Source: an uncultured candidatus Brocadiaceae bacterium (lineage in GTDB: Bacteria > Planctomycetota > Brocadiia > SM23-32). From it: a stretch of 35,610 nt of DNA. The position numbers and the translations under genes are program-made. The DNA lies in assembly GCA_964534775.1 (NCBI GenBank), contig CAZHPE010000005.1, positions 1-35,610 on the forward strand, written 5' to 3'. The notes beneath the pieces were generated by a model. That model was not told where the DNA came from. It made no database searches and saw only the letters and a program-made list of their open reading frames with translations. Below, one piece after another: positions 8,261 through 17,474 of this stretch (position 1 is the first letter of the stretch; each line of letters begins with the position of its first letter).

Positions 8261-9568
8261 ATGCGGGCTGAACACGAAGAACACGAAGAACACAAAGTGC
8301 ACGAAGAAAAGACCGGAAAAGGCGCGCACCGCTGCCCCTCGCCGCCCGCTCGAGCAGCCATCATCACGCCGCCGGGCGAGGGCGGCATCGGGATCATTGC
8401 CCTCGTCGGGCCGGGCGCGGCGGAGGCGCTGGGGGCCGTGTTCGCCGGCACGCGTCGGGGCGCGACCGAAATCGCCCCCGGCTCCATTGCCCACGGACGC
8501 GTCGTGCGAGGCGGCGTGACGCTCGACGAGGTCATAGTGGCGCACCTTAGGGAACCCCGCGCGGCGGACGACGCGGCTGTCTTTGAGATCAATTGCCACG
8601 GTGGCGTTCAGGCCGTGCAGGCCGTGCTCCGATGTCTGGAGGAGGCCGGGGCCGCCATCGTGCGGCCCGAGGAGCTTCAGGGTCAACCGGCGGACACTTG
8701 CCGGCCGCTCTCGCGGGAGGCGGTGCGCGCCGCCGCGCTGAACCTGCTTCCTCGTGCGCAGACACGGCTGGGCGCGCGCATGTTGCTCGGCCAGGCAGGC
8801 GGGGCCCTGAGCGAGGAGCTGGCCACCGTGTCAGAGGACTTGGCCGCCGGCCCTGGAGCGGCGCCGGGGGCCGAGGAGCGCCTTGCAGCCGTGCTTGCCA
8901 CCGCGCCGCTGGCCCGCGCGCTGCTCGAGCCGCCTCGGGTGCTTCTGGCCGGGCCGCCCAACGTCGGCAAATCCACCGTGATGAACGCGCTGCTGCGGCG
9001 GGAGCGCGTGATCGTCCACCACCGCCCAGGCACCACGCGCGACGCCGTGCGAGAGGTCGTATCGGTGCGCGGCCTGCCGCTGGAAATCATCGACACGGCG
9101 GGCATTCGCGCCGCTGCGGGGGAGGTGGAGCGCGAGGCCGTGCAAAGGGCCGCCGCGTTGCTAAGGGAGTGCGATGTTGCGCTGGTGCTTTTCGATGCGC
9201 GGTCGGGCCCGCGCTGGGCGGCCGAACATGTGGAAGAGCTTCGGGGCGTGCCCCGGCTCGTTCTGGTGGGCAACAAGATCGATCTGCTGGGCGAGGAACC
9301 GGCGGCGGCGCGCCGCCCAGATTCTCCCCGGCTGCCCACAGAGTTCGGCGGCGTGCCCCAGATATTCATCGCCGCCAGTGAAGGCCGCTGCATTGAACGC
9401 GTGGAAGCCGCGCTGCTGGCACCCTACGAGGGGGCCATGCGCGCCCTGGAGCGGGGGGCTCCAGCGGCATTTACGGCCGGGATCGCTGCCGCTCTGGAGG
9501 GGGTGCGGTCAGCCCTTCGCGAGGGCGGTCCGGCTCGCGCGCTGGAGGAGCTGGAGCGTTCTTGCTGA
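8261..9568 (+). CDS. mnmE: MnmE/TrmE-like tRNA-modification GTPase (atypical termini)
   Basis: 'IITPPGEGGIGIIAL' (N-domain), G1 'GPPNVGKST', G2 'TTRD', G3 'DTAGIR' and G4 'NKIDL'. The start is ATG 8261 or GTG 8297, with no start codon closer to the TPPG motif. The protein ends '...LEELERSC' and lacks the canonical C-terminal FCIGK. Confidence 0.8.
   Translation: MRAEHEEHEEHKVHEEKTGKGAHRCPSPPARAAIITPPGEGGIGIIALVGPGAAEALGAVFAGTRRGATEIAPGSIAHGRVVRGGVTLDEVIVAHLREPRAADDAAVFEINCHGGVQAVQAVLRCLEEAGAAIVRPEELQGQPADTCRPLSREAVRAAALNLLPRAQTRLGARMLLGQAGGALSEELATVSEDLAAGPGAAPGAEERLAAVLATAPLARALLEPPRVLLAGPPNVGKSTVMNALLRRERVIVHHRPGTTRDAVREVVSVRGLPLEIIDTAGIRAAAGEVEREAVQRAAALLRECDVALVLFDARSGPRWAAEHVEELRGVPRLVLVGNKIDLLGEEPAAARRPDSPRLPTEFGGVPQIFIAASEGRCIERVEAALLAPYEGAMRALERGAPAAFTAGIAAALEGVRSALREGGPARALEELERSC
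8270..8305 (+). repeat. Four imperfect tandem 9-mers (GAACACGAA, GAACACGAA, GAACACAAA, GTGCACGAA)
   Basis: Read directly. They lie at the 5' end of the mnmE-like ORF and would encode EHE-EHE-EHK-VHE. Confidence 0.85.
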
Positions 9569-9616
9569 GAGTCTGTGGCAGGCAGGGGCGCGAGAATATG
9601 CCTTCCTGATTCCGCA

Positions 9617-10153
9617 TCACACAAGCACCGAATGCTCCCTGCGCAGCAGTCCGATACGCCCGAAGGCGAGGAACGCCACGGGCGTAGCGGCGGCGGTAAG
9701 GAGGGCCTGGCCGAAGGCGCCGGCCAGGAGCGTGCCCGGCCGCGCACCGCGCACGAGCGCGAACGTGCCGGCGGCCTCACCCAGGCCGAAACAGAGCACG
9801 AAGGTGAACACGAACAGCGCCTGCATGATCATCCACTGGCGGTAGACCTTGTCCCGCACCAGCACGACCCCGGTGGCGGCGAGGACAAGCAGTATTGCGC
9901 TCTGCCCGGGTCGGCCCGCCGATGCCATGTCGCGCAGGACGCCGACGAGGAGCGCGCAGACCAGCGCGGGCTTCTCCGCGGCCTCCAGCGCCAGATAGGC
10001 CGACAGAAGAAGCAGCAAGTCCAGCCGCAGCGCGCCGTAGGAGAACCGGTGCATGACCTCCCCCTGAAGCACCAGCAACACGAGCGCGCATGCGACCAGA
10101 CGGCCTCGTCTGAGCATGGCGGCCTCCGTGGATGCCTCCTTTCGGACCAGCAT
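9617..10153 (-). CDS. mreD: MreD-like rod-shape-determining membrane protein (orphan; no mreB or mreC in the window)
   Basis: About 170 aa with 5 hydrophobic helices. The pattern 'LRLDLLLLLSAYLAL....ALLVGVLRDMASAGRPGQSAIL' parallels E. coli MreD 'PNWVLLILLYWILAL...GAILDLISGSTLGVRVL'. An alternative ATG lies at 10117. Confidence 0.5.
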   Translation of the reverse strand: MLVRKEASTEAAMLRRGRLVACALVLLVLQGEVMHRFSYGALRLDLLLLLSAYLALEAAEKPALVCALLVGVLRDMASAGRPGQSAILLVLAATGVVLVRDKVYRQWMIMQALFVFTFVLCFGLGEAAGTFALVRGARPGTLLAGAFGQALLTAAATPVAFLAFGRIGLLRREHSVLV

Positions 10154-10340
10154 GCAAAAAAGTCAAGAACCTGAACTCCGGCTTCCGGGTTCAGCCCGTG
10201 GATTCTCGCAGACTTGGCGGGACCGGTGCAACGGAAAGCACCGCGGCGGGGGCTTGACAGACCGGCGGGAGCGGCGGTAGACTCGCTCCTCGCGATGCTC
10301 ATCTCGAGCGCGTAACCCATTTATTGCGAAGGGAACTACG

Positions 10341-12026
10341 ATGGCACTCAGAAGCGACATGGCCACCAAAGGGGCCGAGCGGGCCCCGTCACGGGCGCTG
10401 CTCTATGCGACCGGTCTGATGGCGCCCCGACACTTGGGCAAGCCCATGATCGGCATTGCCAGCAGCTACACCGACCTGATCCCCGGCCACGTGGCTATGC
10501 GGCCGCTGGAACGCGCGATCGAGCGGGGCGTGGCCGCCGGGGGCGGCGTGGGGTTCCTGTTCGGCGTGCCGGGCATCTGCGACGGCATAGCCATGGGCCA
10601 CAAGGGAATGCACTATTCGCTGGCCTCGCGCGAGCTTATCGCCGACCTCATCGAGACCGTCACCGAGGCGCACCGCCTGGACGGTCTGGTGCTGCTGACG
10701 AACTGCGACAAAATCACGCCGGGCATGCTGATGGGCCTGGCGCGGCTGGACATCCCTGGCATCGTGGTGACGGCTGGCCCGATGATGAGCGGCCACTGGC
10801 GCAAGGCCGGGCAGGACAGCCTCTGCCGCCTATCGCTCGTGCGCGACACCTTCGAGGCCGTCGGCTGCTACCAGGCCGGCGAGATCGACGAGGATGAGCT
10901 GACGAACCTGGAGCTCAGGGCCTGCCCGGGCGCCGGTTCGTGCCAGGGGCTTTACACGGCCAACACGATGGCATGCGTGACGGAGGCGCTGGGGATGTCG
11001 CTGCCGGGCTGCGCCGCCATGCTGGCGGTCGAGGCCGCCAAGGTGCGCTTGGCCGAGGAGAGCGGCGAGCGTATCGTGGGGCTGGTAAGAGAGGCCGTCA
11101 CCGCCCGGCAAATCATAACCGCCGCGAGCCTCCAAAACGCCGTCGTGGTCGACATGGCCCTGGGCGGCTCCACCAACACCTGTCTGCACCTTCCGGCCAT
11201 AGCCCACGAGGCGGGGCTGGAGTTGTGTCTGGACGTGTTCGACGAGGTGAGCCGCCGCGTGCCGCACGTCACCAACCTGCGCCCCGGCGGCGAATACTTC
11301 ATGGAGGACCTCTTCTACGCCGGAGGCATCCCGGCCGCCTTCAAGACGCTCATCGACGACGTTGCCGACTGCCCAACCGTGAGCGGCCAAAGTACACATG
11401 AGCTCGCCGCCGACGCCGAGGTTTACGACAGCGACGTGATCCGCCCGCGCGAGAATCCCTTCCATGCCGAGGGCGGCATGGCGGTGCTGAGGGGGAACCT
11501 GGCGCCGGACGGCTCGGTCGTCAAGCAGAGCGCCGTGGCGGCTGAGATGATGCACTTCACCGGCCCGGCAAGCGTCTTCGACAGCGAGGACGACGCCATG
11601 CACGCGATCATGGACGGGAAGGTCGAGGCGGGGAGCGTCGTCGTGATCCGCTACGAAGGTCCCAAGGGCGGGCCGGGAATGCGCGAGATGCTCAACCCAA
11701 CGGCGGCCCTGATGGGAATGGGCCTCGGAAATGCCTGCGCGCTGATCACCGACGGGCGCTTCAGCGGCGGCACGCGCGGGCCCTGTATCGGCCACATCAG
11801 CCCCGAGGCCATGGTCGGCGGCCCCCTTGCGCTGGTGAGGGAGGGGGACGAGATCGAGGTGAACATCCCCGCGCGCACGCTGAACCTGAATGTCGACGCG
11901 GCGGAGCTTGAGAAGCGCCGGCGGGAATGGACCGCGCCCCCGCCCAAGATCGCTAAGGGTTACCTGGCGCGCTACGCCGCCTTCGTCACCAGCGCCTCTA
12001 CCGGCGCCGTCTACCGCGAGCCGTAG
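10341..12026 (+). CDS. ilvD: Dihydroxy-acid dehydratase
   Basis: 561 aa. Motifs '[12 protein letters not shown]', '[13 protein letters not shown]' and '[14 protein letters not shown]'. Confidence 0.95.
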   Translation: MALRSDMATKGAERAPSRALLYATGLMAPRHLGKPMIGIASSYTDLIPGHVAMRPLERAIERGVAAGGGVGFLFGVPGICDGIAMGHKGMHYSLASRELIADLIETVTEAHRLDGLVLLTNCDKITPGMLMGLARLDIPGIVVTAGPMMSGHWRKAGQDSLCRLSLVRDTFEAVGCYQAGEIDEDELTNLELRACPGAGSCQGLYTANTMACVTEALGMSLPGCAAMLAVEAAKVRLAEESGERIVGLVREAVTARQIITAASLQNAVVVDMALGGSTNTCLHLPAIAHEAGLELCLDVFDEVSRRVPHVTNLRPGGEYFMEDLFYAGGIPAAFKTLIDDVADCPTVSGQSTHELAADAEVYDSDVIRPRENPFHAEGGMAVLRGNLAPDGSVVKQSAVAAEMMHFTGPASVFDSEDDAMHAIMDGKVEAGSVVVIRYEGPKGGPGMREMLNPTAALMGMGLGNACALITDGRFSGGTRGPCIGHISPEAMVGGPLALVREGDEIEVNIPARTLNLNVDAAELEKRRREWTAPPPKIAKGYLARYAAFVTSASTGAVYREP

Positions 12027-12409
12027 GCCGTCGCCACGGGATTGGACGTGGCAGTGGACACAAGCGACAAGACTTCGGCCGCAGGTCCATGCGGATAAAC
12101 ACGGATAAGAACATCGGGGCAAGCTCTCCGAGGGGAGTTCACGTCCGTTCGCGTGTTGCGCTGGAGTTGGCAGCCTTCAAGGGCTTTCGCGCCACGGCCA
12201 GAAAGCGGCGGGAGTGCCGCGTAAACCAGCCGACGGGCGGGTAACCGAAGAGCTTGATGGCACCGAAGCCAGCCTACTTGGGCAATCGGCGGATTTCAGC
12301 GCCATTGTATAGGCGCATGCAGATGTTGTGGCGTTCGGTCTTGTTGCCGCGACGGAAACGCCACGGGTGGGCGCTGCGCGATGCGCTGAGGCGGGCCCCG
12401 CCGGGCCAG

Positions 12410-12544
12410 GGTGATGCGGTGGTGCTGATCGGGGACGGCTCCCATAACCTCGACCCGCCCGATCCGCTGGATGCGGCGGCCATGCTGGCCGAGCGCGGGG
12501 TGCCGCTCTACACCGTGGGGATGGGCCGCGAAGAGGTGGGAGGG
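12410..12544 (+). pseudogene. Short fragment resembling the C-terminal part of a VWA (BatA-like) domain
   Basis: 'GDAVVLIGDGSHNLDPPDPLDAAAMLAERGVPLYTVGMG' fits the VWA pattern 'vvLlTDGe.n.g.dp..aa..a...gv.iytiGvG'. There is no MIDAS-containing upstream portion and the flanking translation is junk. Confidence 0.3.
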
Positions 12545-12656
12545 CGCATGGCTCTTTGCACTGTTCCTATGCGCTCTCGGGGCCGAGCGGGGCGTACGCA
12601 GGTGGAAGGGGCTTGTCTGAACGCGCGGCGCTCCGTCGTAGAGGAAGGCGGAGGTT

Positions 12657-14495
12657 CTATCCCCCCTCGCCGTTGCCCTTGTCTTCCTTCGGGCCCGGCA
12701 CCTTGCCTGCGCCGGGCCGAAGGGCGGCCGGCTCTCGCAGTAGCCTCATGGACTCATCGACGTAGAGGCGGTCCTGCGGAGGCAACAGGTGGTAGAGTTG
12801 TTTGACCAAGTCCGGGGCGAATCCCGCCCGTCCCGCGAAAATGTCTTGCAGGGCGAGCTGTCGCAAGCCTTCGACGTCGATCCTGTTCCTCTCCGTGGGG
12901 TTCGACGCGCTGTTGTACCTCTCCGCGAAGTCAGAGGCCATTTCACGGCAGTCGCTTGACTCCTGCTCCATGAGCCGGGCCGCGAAGAAGTAAGACCGGT
13001 TCAGGAGCGAGCCCACGAGTGTGCGGATGGCTGCCGGGGCCATGCCCTCGAACCGTTCATTGAGGTCATCGAAGACGAACTGATGAACACCCACCGCTGC
13101 CGTCCCCGCCTTGCCGTACCTGTCGAAAAGGTACCTCGGGAACTTCTCCCTGAGGCGATCAAGATACTTCTCGGCCTTCGGTACGTCCCCCATGAAGTAG
13201 AACTCCGAAACGATCTTTACGAGGAAGAACTTGTAGCTGTCCCCGATGCCAATGGTCCATCGCGCACCCGGCTTTTCGGTTGAGTCTGCGTACCGTTCCA
13301 GCAGCTCATCATATTGCTTGATCATCCTGTCTGTGAAACGGTAGTCCGGCGCCATTCTGGACATCAGGATGCCATGCTGATCGAAAGTGAGCCGACCGTT
13401 CGTGACAAGTTTCTGCAGAGAGCCATATATGATCCGGTCGTGCTGGATGTCGCCGTACTCGAGGTTGAGCACCTTCTTGATCCACTCGGGATCATCGATA
13501 CCCGTTAGGCCCCGCTCTTTCATCAGGCGGAGGCGGAAGGCTCTGGCCTGCTCCCGCCCCAACTCGGCCCAGTAGATGGCGTGCGCGTAGGGCGTGCGCC
13601 AGTCCAGGGGCCCGTAGGCGTCCTCCCCGCCGTACATCAGTATGAGCATCTTCTTCGGATCTAACTTCAGATCCTCAAGCCGCCGAGCCCGCGCAAAAAG
13701 CCCGATTATGCTGAAACCGTGCGGGTCGGCCTCGATCAACTCCAGCGCCGGTTTTGGGATGGCGCTTCTGTTGCGATAGTAGGTGAAGTGCCGCATCGCG
13801 CCGTCCTCGAGCCTCTCGAATGGATCGAACCCCGCTTCCACGAGGGCGGCATAGTACTCCTCAAGCTTGGGGGATGCCTCCAGAAACTCGCTGCTCGTGG
13901 CAGGAACCCCGCTCAGGACGGTAAGGACATCTCTCGCGTCCGGCAGCGGGAGGATCTCGTGCATGCTGAGTCCCAACTCCTGCTTGTAATGGAAGTGGGC
14001 ATCATCGAGATTCTTGCCGATCTTGTGCTCGTAGATCCAGGCGAGGGAGAAATACAGCTCCGGGTTGGTCGGGTTGTTAGGTATGCCCTTCTCGCGCAGG
14101 ATCTCGATGCCCTTCTGCACCCACGGCCATCGGGAGTTCAGGTCCGGGATCTCCGCCGTGATGTTGTAGGCCATGTTCCAGGAGTTGAAATCCCAGACCG
14201 CCGCGAAGTTCGGTTCGAGGCGGCAGGCGAGATCGGCCAGTTGCACGATCTCGAAGAACTTCCCCTCCTGCTTGAGCTGCTCCATGCGGATCCACACTAT
14301 GTCCACAACGATCCCGCGAAACGCCCCCAGCGCCGTTGTGGCCAGCACCACGCCGGGCGTAACACCCCTGACGGGAGCGCTGGTCAGGTCGTGCTTGGTC
14401 TGCATGCGGTAGAGCGGCTTGACCCGACCGCCTGCCGCCGCAAAAAACGCAACCGTCACCGCCAGGATCACTAGCCGTCTTGCCATGGCATCCAA
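12657..14495 (-). CDS. Hypothetical 612-aa exported or membrane-anchored alpha-helical protein (last gene of the membrane cluster)
   Basis: Long ORF with a protein-like, low-Arg composition. The N-terminal 'MARRLVILAVTVAFFAAAGG' looks like a signal or anchor. I recognise no family motif. The gene sits 18 nt downstream of the permease. Confidence 0.75.
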   Translation of the reverse strand: MDAMARRLVILAVTVAFFAAAGGRVKPLYRMQTKHDLTSAPVRGVTPGVVLATTALGAFRGIVVDIVWIRMEQLKQEGKFFEIVQLADLACRLEPNFAAVWDFNSWNMAYNITAEIPDLNSRWPWVQKGIEILREKGIPNNPTNPELYFSLAWIYEHKIGKNLDDAHFHYKQELGLSMHEILPLPDARDVLTVLSGVPATSSEFLEASPKLEEYYAALVEAGFDPFERLEDGAMRHFTYYRNRSAIPKPALELIEADPHGFSIIGLFARARRLEDLKLDPKKMLILMYGGEDAYGPLDWRTPYAHAIYWAELGREQARAFRLRLMKERGLTGIDDPEWIKKVLNLEYGDIQHDRIIYGSLQKLVTNGRLTFDQHGILMSRMAPDYRFTDRMIKQYDELLERYADSTEKPGARWTIGIGDSYKFFLVKIVSEFYFMGDVPKAEKYLDRLREKFPRYLFDRYGKAGTAAVGVHQFVFDDLNERFEGMAPAAIRTLVGSLLNRSYFFAARLMEQESSDCREMASDFAERYNSASNPTERNRIDVEGLRQLALQDIFAGRAGFAPDLVKQLYHLLPPQDRLYVDESMRLLREPAALRPGAGKVPGPKEDKGNGEGG

Positions 14496-14513
14496 CCCGC
14501 CTTGCGACGATTT

Positions 14514-16223
14514 CTATAGGATCATACGCGCCAGTTCACGCTTGCTGTAGAACAGCGTTGCCAGGAGCATGAAAACTGCGCCCCAACAGAACACGAGGGC
14601 CGCCATCGCCCGGCCCACATAGCCCCATCCCACGGCCCGGCCGTTCACCAGGTCGCCGATGGGGTTGAAGCGGGCGAACTGCGGCACGCAGTAGCACAGG
14701 GCCGCCAAGGCCTGGGTGAGATGGGTCGGCTCCCTGTAAGGGGCCACCACCCAGGGAGCCAAAAGCCCGGCTATGAACACGGCGCCTACCAGCAAGCTCG
14801 CAACAGGCAGGGAGAGGGCGGCCCCAGCCATGATCGAGATCGCGGCCAAGAGCACGATTTGGCACAGTACGATGACGAGCGAACGGTAGTAGTTCGGTAG
14901 AAAGCCCTCGGTCCGCTGCATCAGCTGGAGCCCGCCGTCAGGTGTAAAGAAGACGGTGCCGGGCCGGGAGTTGACAAAGGCCACGTATAGCGCACCGTTC
15001 GGGTCCACCAGCGGCATGGTTTCGGTCTCAGAGATCGGCACGGCGCCGGGCAGCGATAACTCCTGGAAGGCCTTGCACACGTAAGTGCGGATGGGAAAAC
15101 TGTGGATGAGCTTGGTCTCCGGCTTCTCCGGCTTCGGTGTCCCCGGTGGGGGCGGCATCTCGTGATGGACCTCCCAGTGGCCAGTCACCTTCTTTGGTGC
15201 GTCGGGTTCGAACCGCAAGGGCATAAAGCGCAGGAAGATCGGCAGGGCGGGGTCGGGCTTCAGACCATCGAACCGCCACATCTTCTTGGACATGCCCTTG
15301 ACGCTCATGTATTCGTTGCGCAGCCTGCTGCGCATATCCCGCCGGGTCAGATCGATGGTAACCCGCGCCTGTAGCATGCCCCGCGCGCGCAACTCTTGGA
15401 TGTGCTTATCCACGACCTCGTCGAAGTCCGGGACCAGGTGCTCTACCCGACGGCGCGTGACAAGAACCTCTTCGCGCGCCTGCACGATGCTCTTTTGCGC
15501 TCTGCCCCACTCCAGGGCCGGAAGGTGCGCAAAACCCCTGTCGCGCACCACGTGCAGCGCCAGGCCGTAGACGGCCCCGCCCATCAGGAACATGATGGTC
15601 GAACACAGGATGGTCACCCCAAGCAGCTTACCCACCAGGTATTGCCAGCGGGCCAGCGGCTTGGGGTCCAGCACGTGGATATGCCCGCGGTCAATCTCGC
15701 CGCAGACCGAGGCTGTGCACAGGAATACCGCCACCAGCGACTGCAGCACCTGACCCAGCGTTAGGGCGTAGGTTATGACGATCTGGACCTGGCTCTTCAC
15801 GTTGCCCTCGGTCTTCAGTATGAACGGCAGCGAGGGCATGAGTACGATGAAGAAGATCAGCAAAACGACTATGACTTTGCGGTTGATGGCCTCGATGATC
15901 ATCTTGCGCGCCACGGCCCAGATCAGCCCCCATCGCCGAATGATCGGCCACGCCAGCAGGCCCGCCGCTACGAAGCACCACCCCCAGGCCAGCGCCGAAA
16001 TCGGGATGCCCCGGGACGAAAAGAACGCTCCGGGGTCGGCCCATATCTTCTGCGCTACCTCAGCAATGCCCCGGAACCAGAAGTAGAGCAGCGGCAGCAG
16101 AAAGGCAAGCAGCAACGCCCCCATCACCTCCGGGGCCAGCCGCACAAGCCACCGCACGGCCGCCTTGAACTGTCCCACGAGCCATCGCACGCCGCCAACA
16201 GCCCCGTAGAGTATGTTTCTCAT
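14514..16223 (-). CDS. ABC-2-like transporter permease with a ~200-aa non-membrane insertion
   Basis: 569 aa with multiple TM helices at both ends and a soluble central region (about residues 230-440). The ATG overlaps the stop of the upstream ABC ATPase (ATGA). Confidence 0.7.
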   Translation of the reverse strand: MRNILYGAVGGVRWLVGQFKAAVRWLVRLAPEVMGALLLAFLLPLLYFWFRGIAEVAQKIWADPGAFFSSRGIPISALAWGWCFVAAGLLAWPIIRRWGLIWAVARKMIIEAINRKVIVVLLIFFIVLMPSLPFILKTEGNVKSQVQIVITYALTLGQVLQSLVAVFLCTASVCGEIDRGHIHVLDPKPLARWQYLVGKLLGVTILCSTIMFLMGGAVYGLALHVVRDRGFAHLPALEWGRAQKSIVQAREEVLVTRRRVEHLVPDFDEVVDKHIQELRARGMLQARVTIDLTRRDMRSRLRNEYMSVKGMSKKMWRFDGLKPDPALPIFLRFMPLRFEPDAPKKVTGHWEVHHEMPPPPGTPKPEKPETKLIHSFPIRTYVCKAFQELSLPGAVPISETETMPLVDPNGALYVAFVNSRPGTVFFTPDGGLQLMQRTEGFLPNYYRSLVIVLCQIVLLAAISIMAGAALSLPVASLLVGAVFIAGLLAPWVVAPYREPTHLTQALAALCYCVPQFARFNPIGDLVNGRAVGWGYVGRAMAALVFCWGAVFMLLATLFYSKRELARMIL

Positions 16224-17461
16224 GTGTCAGTGTCCGAATCGTCCCTGTCGCCGCCTTCGCTGCCGTCCTCGATGAGATCGTCAAGCACCTCGTGCCGCAC
16301 GCCGACTTCGGTGTCTTCGACCGGCTCGAGTTCCAGCTCGGTCTGGCTCTCCTGCCGCCCGGCTTCCTCGGCGCCTTCGACCAAGTCCTGAAGTACCCCC
16401 GTATCGGGTCCCGACACCATTGCCACCGGCTTCTCAGGGGCCGGCTCCGTGGCCGCTGCTCCTTCCTGCGCCGCCGCATCCTGCCCTGCCGCCACCAGCC
16501 CTTGCACGAGCTCGTCCCCCGCCGCCTCTTCCGTCCCACCTGTGAGGAACTCGGCGGCCGGGCCGCCGGCCTCTGCGCCCGCCGTGACGAGTCTCTCCCG
16601 CCGGGCCTGCTTGACCACGTCCAGAAAAAACTCTTCCAGCTTCTGGGCGGGCGAGCCAACCTCGATGTTAGCTTCCGCGCCTGCGTCGGCGTGAATAAGG
16701 TCCGTTATCTGCTTCACTACGACCTCGGAAACCTTTGGGCTGCGGATCTGCATCATCTCCTGGCGCACGAGCAGCTCGTTTACGTCCCCAAGGGCCCTTG
16801 CCTTACCTCCGTAGAGTATGCAGACCCGGTCGCAGGTTTCCTCCACGTCGGCCAGAAGGTGGCTGCACAGCAGGATGGTCTTCCCCCGGCCGCGAAGCAT
16901 CGTGATCAGGTCCTTCATCTCCCGTGTGCCGATCGGGTCCAGGCCGGAGGTCGGCTCGTCCAAGATCAGAAGGTCAGGGTCGTTTATCAGGGCCTGCGCT
17001 AGGCCGATGCGCCGCGCCATGCCTTTGGAGAACTCACCTACCGGGCGGCGCCGCGCCCTCTCCAACCCCACCATGCCGATCAGGGAGGCAACGCGCCTGG
17101 TGCGCTCCCCCCGAGAGAGACCGAACAGGCGCCCGAAGAAATGCAGTGTCTCCTCGGCATTCAGGTAACTGTAGAGGTTTGACTCCTCGGGCATGTAGCC
17201 CAGACTCTTCTTGAGCTCGATGTTTCTGGGGTCCCTGCCGAACACAAACGCGCGCCCCCCCGTTGGGAAGAGCAGCCCCAGTAGCAGGCGCACCATGGTG
17301 GTCTTGCCGGAGCCGTTCGGCCCGAGAAGCCCGAGGACCTCGCCCCTCCTCACCGTGAGGTCGAGCGAGTCGAGGGCGCGCACGCGACCCCGTCCCCAGA
17401 AGTCCTTGTAGACCTTGGTCAGCCCGATGGTCTCGATCACGTTTTCGATTTGTTTCGCCAC
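16220..17461 (-). CDS. ABC transporter ATP-binding protein with a ~170-190-aa acidic low-complexity C-terminal tail
   Basis: Walker A 'GPNGSGKTT', signature 'FSKGMARR', Walker B 'LLILDEPTSGLD'. I chose the GTG start at 17461 (VAKQIENV), 13 nt after the P-type ATPase stop; the longer ORF to 17545 would overlap that gene. The tail ends '...DDLIEDGSEGGDRDDSDTDT'. Confidence 0.88.
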   Translation of the reverse strand: MAKQIENVIETIGLTKVYKDFWGRGRVRALDSLDLTVRRGEVLGLLGPNGSGKTTMVRLLLGLLFPTGGRAFVFGRDPRNIELKKSLGYMPEESNLYSYLNAEETLHFFGRLFGLSRGERTRRVASLIGMVGLERARRRPVGEFSKGMARRIGLAQALINDPDLLILDEPTSGLDPIGTREMKDLITMLRGRGKTILLCSHLLADVEETCDRVCILYGGKARALGDVNELLVRQEMMQIRSPKVSEVVVKQITDLIHADAGAEANIEVGSPAQKLEEFFLDVVKQARRERLVTAGAEAGGPAAEFLTGGTEEAAGDELVQGLVAAGQDAAAQEGAAATEPAPEKPVAMVSGPDTGVLQDLVEGAEEAGRQESQTELELEPVEDTEVGVRHEVLDDLIEDGSEGGDRDDSDTDT

Positions 17462-17474
17462 GGTCGACGATTCC

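Noticed and set aside
8250-8519. ORF 8250..8519(+) 'MLHACGLNTKNTKNTK...' preceded by AAGGAG.
   Set aside because: It is an off-frame reading of the mnmE-like N-terminus. The translation becomes Arg/Pro/Ala junk, and the SD is 14 nt from the ATG.
8078-8686. Upstream extension of the M16 peptidase ORF (to 8686, minus strand), including a 'FFVHFVFFVFFVF' stretch.
   Set aside because: It is antisense to the mnmE-like gene and its 9-bp repeats. M16 similarity starts only at MLGECK (ATG 8077).
12274-12370. Minus-strand remnant as an annotated H-X9-DG pseudogene.
   Set aside because: The similarity is only a loose 'RH....LYNG' pattern with the wrong spacing. I mention it in a finding but it is not supportable as a feature.
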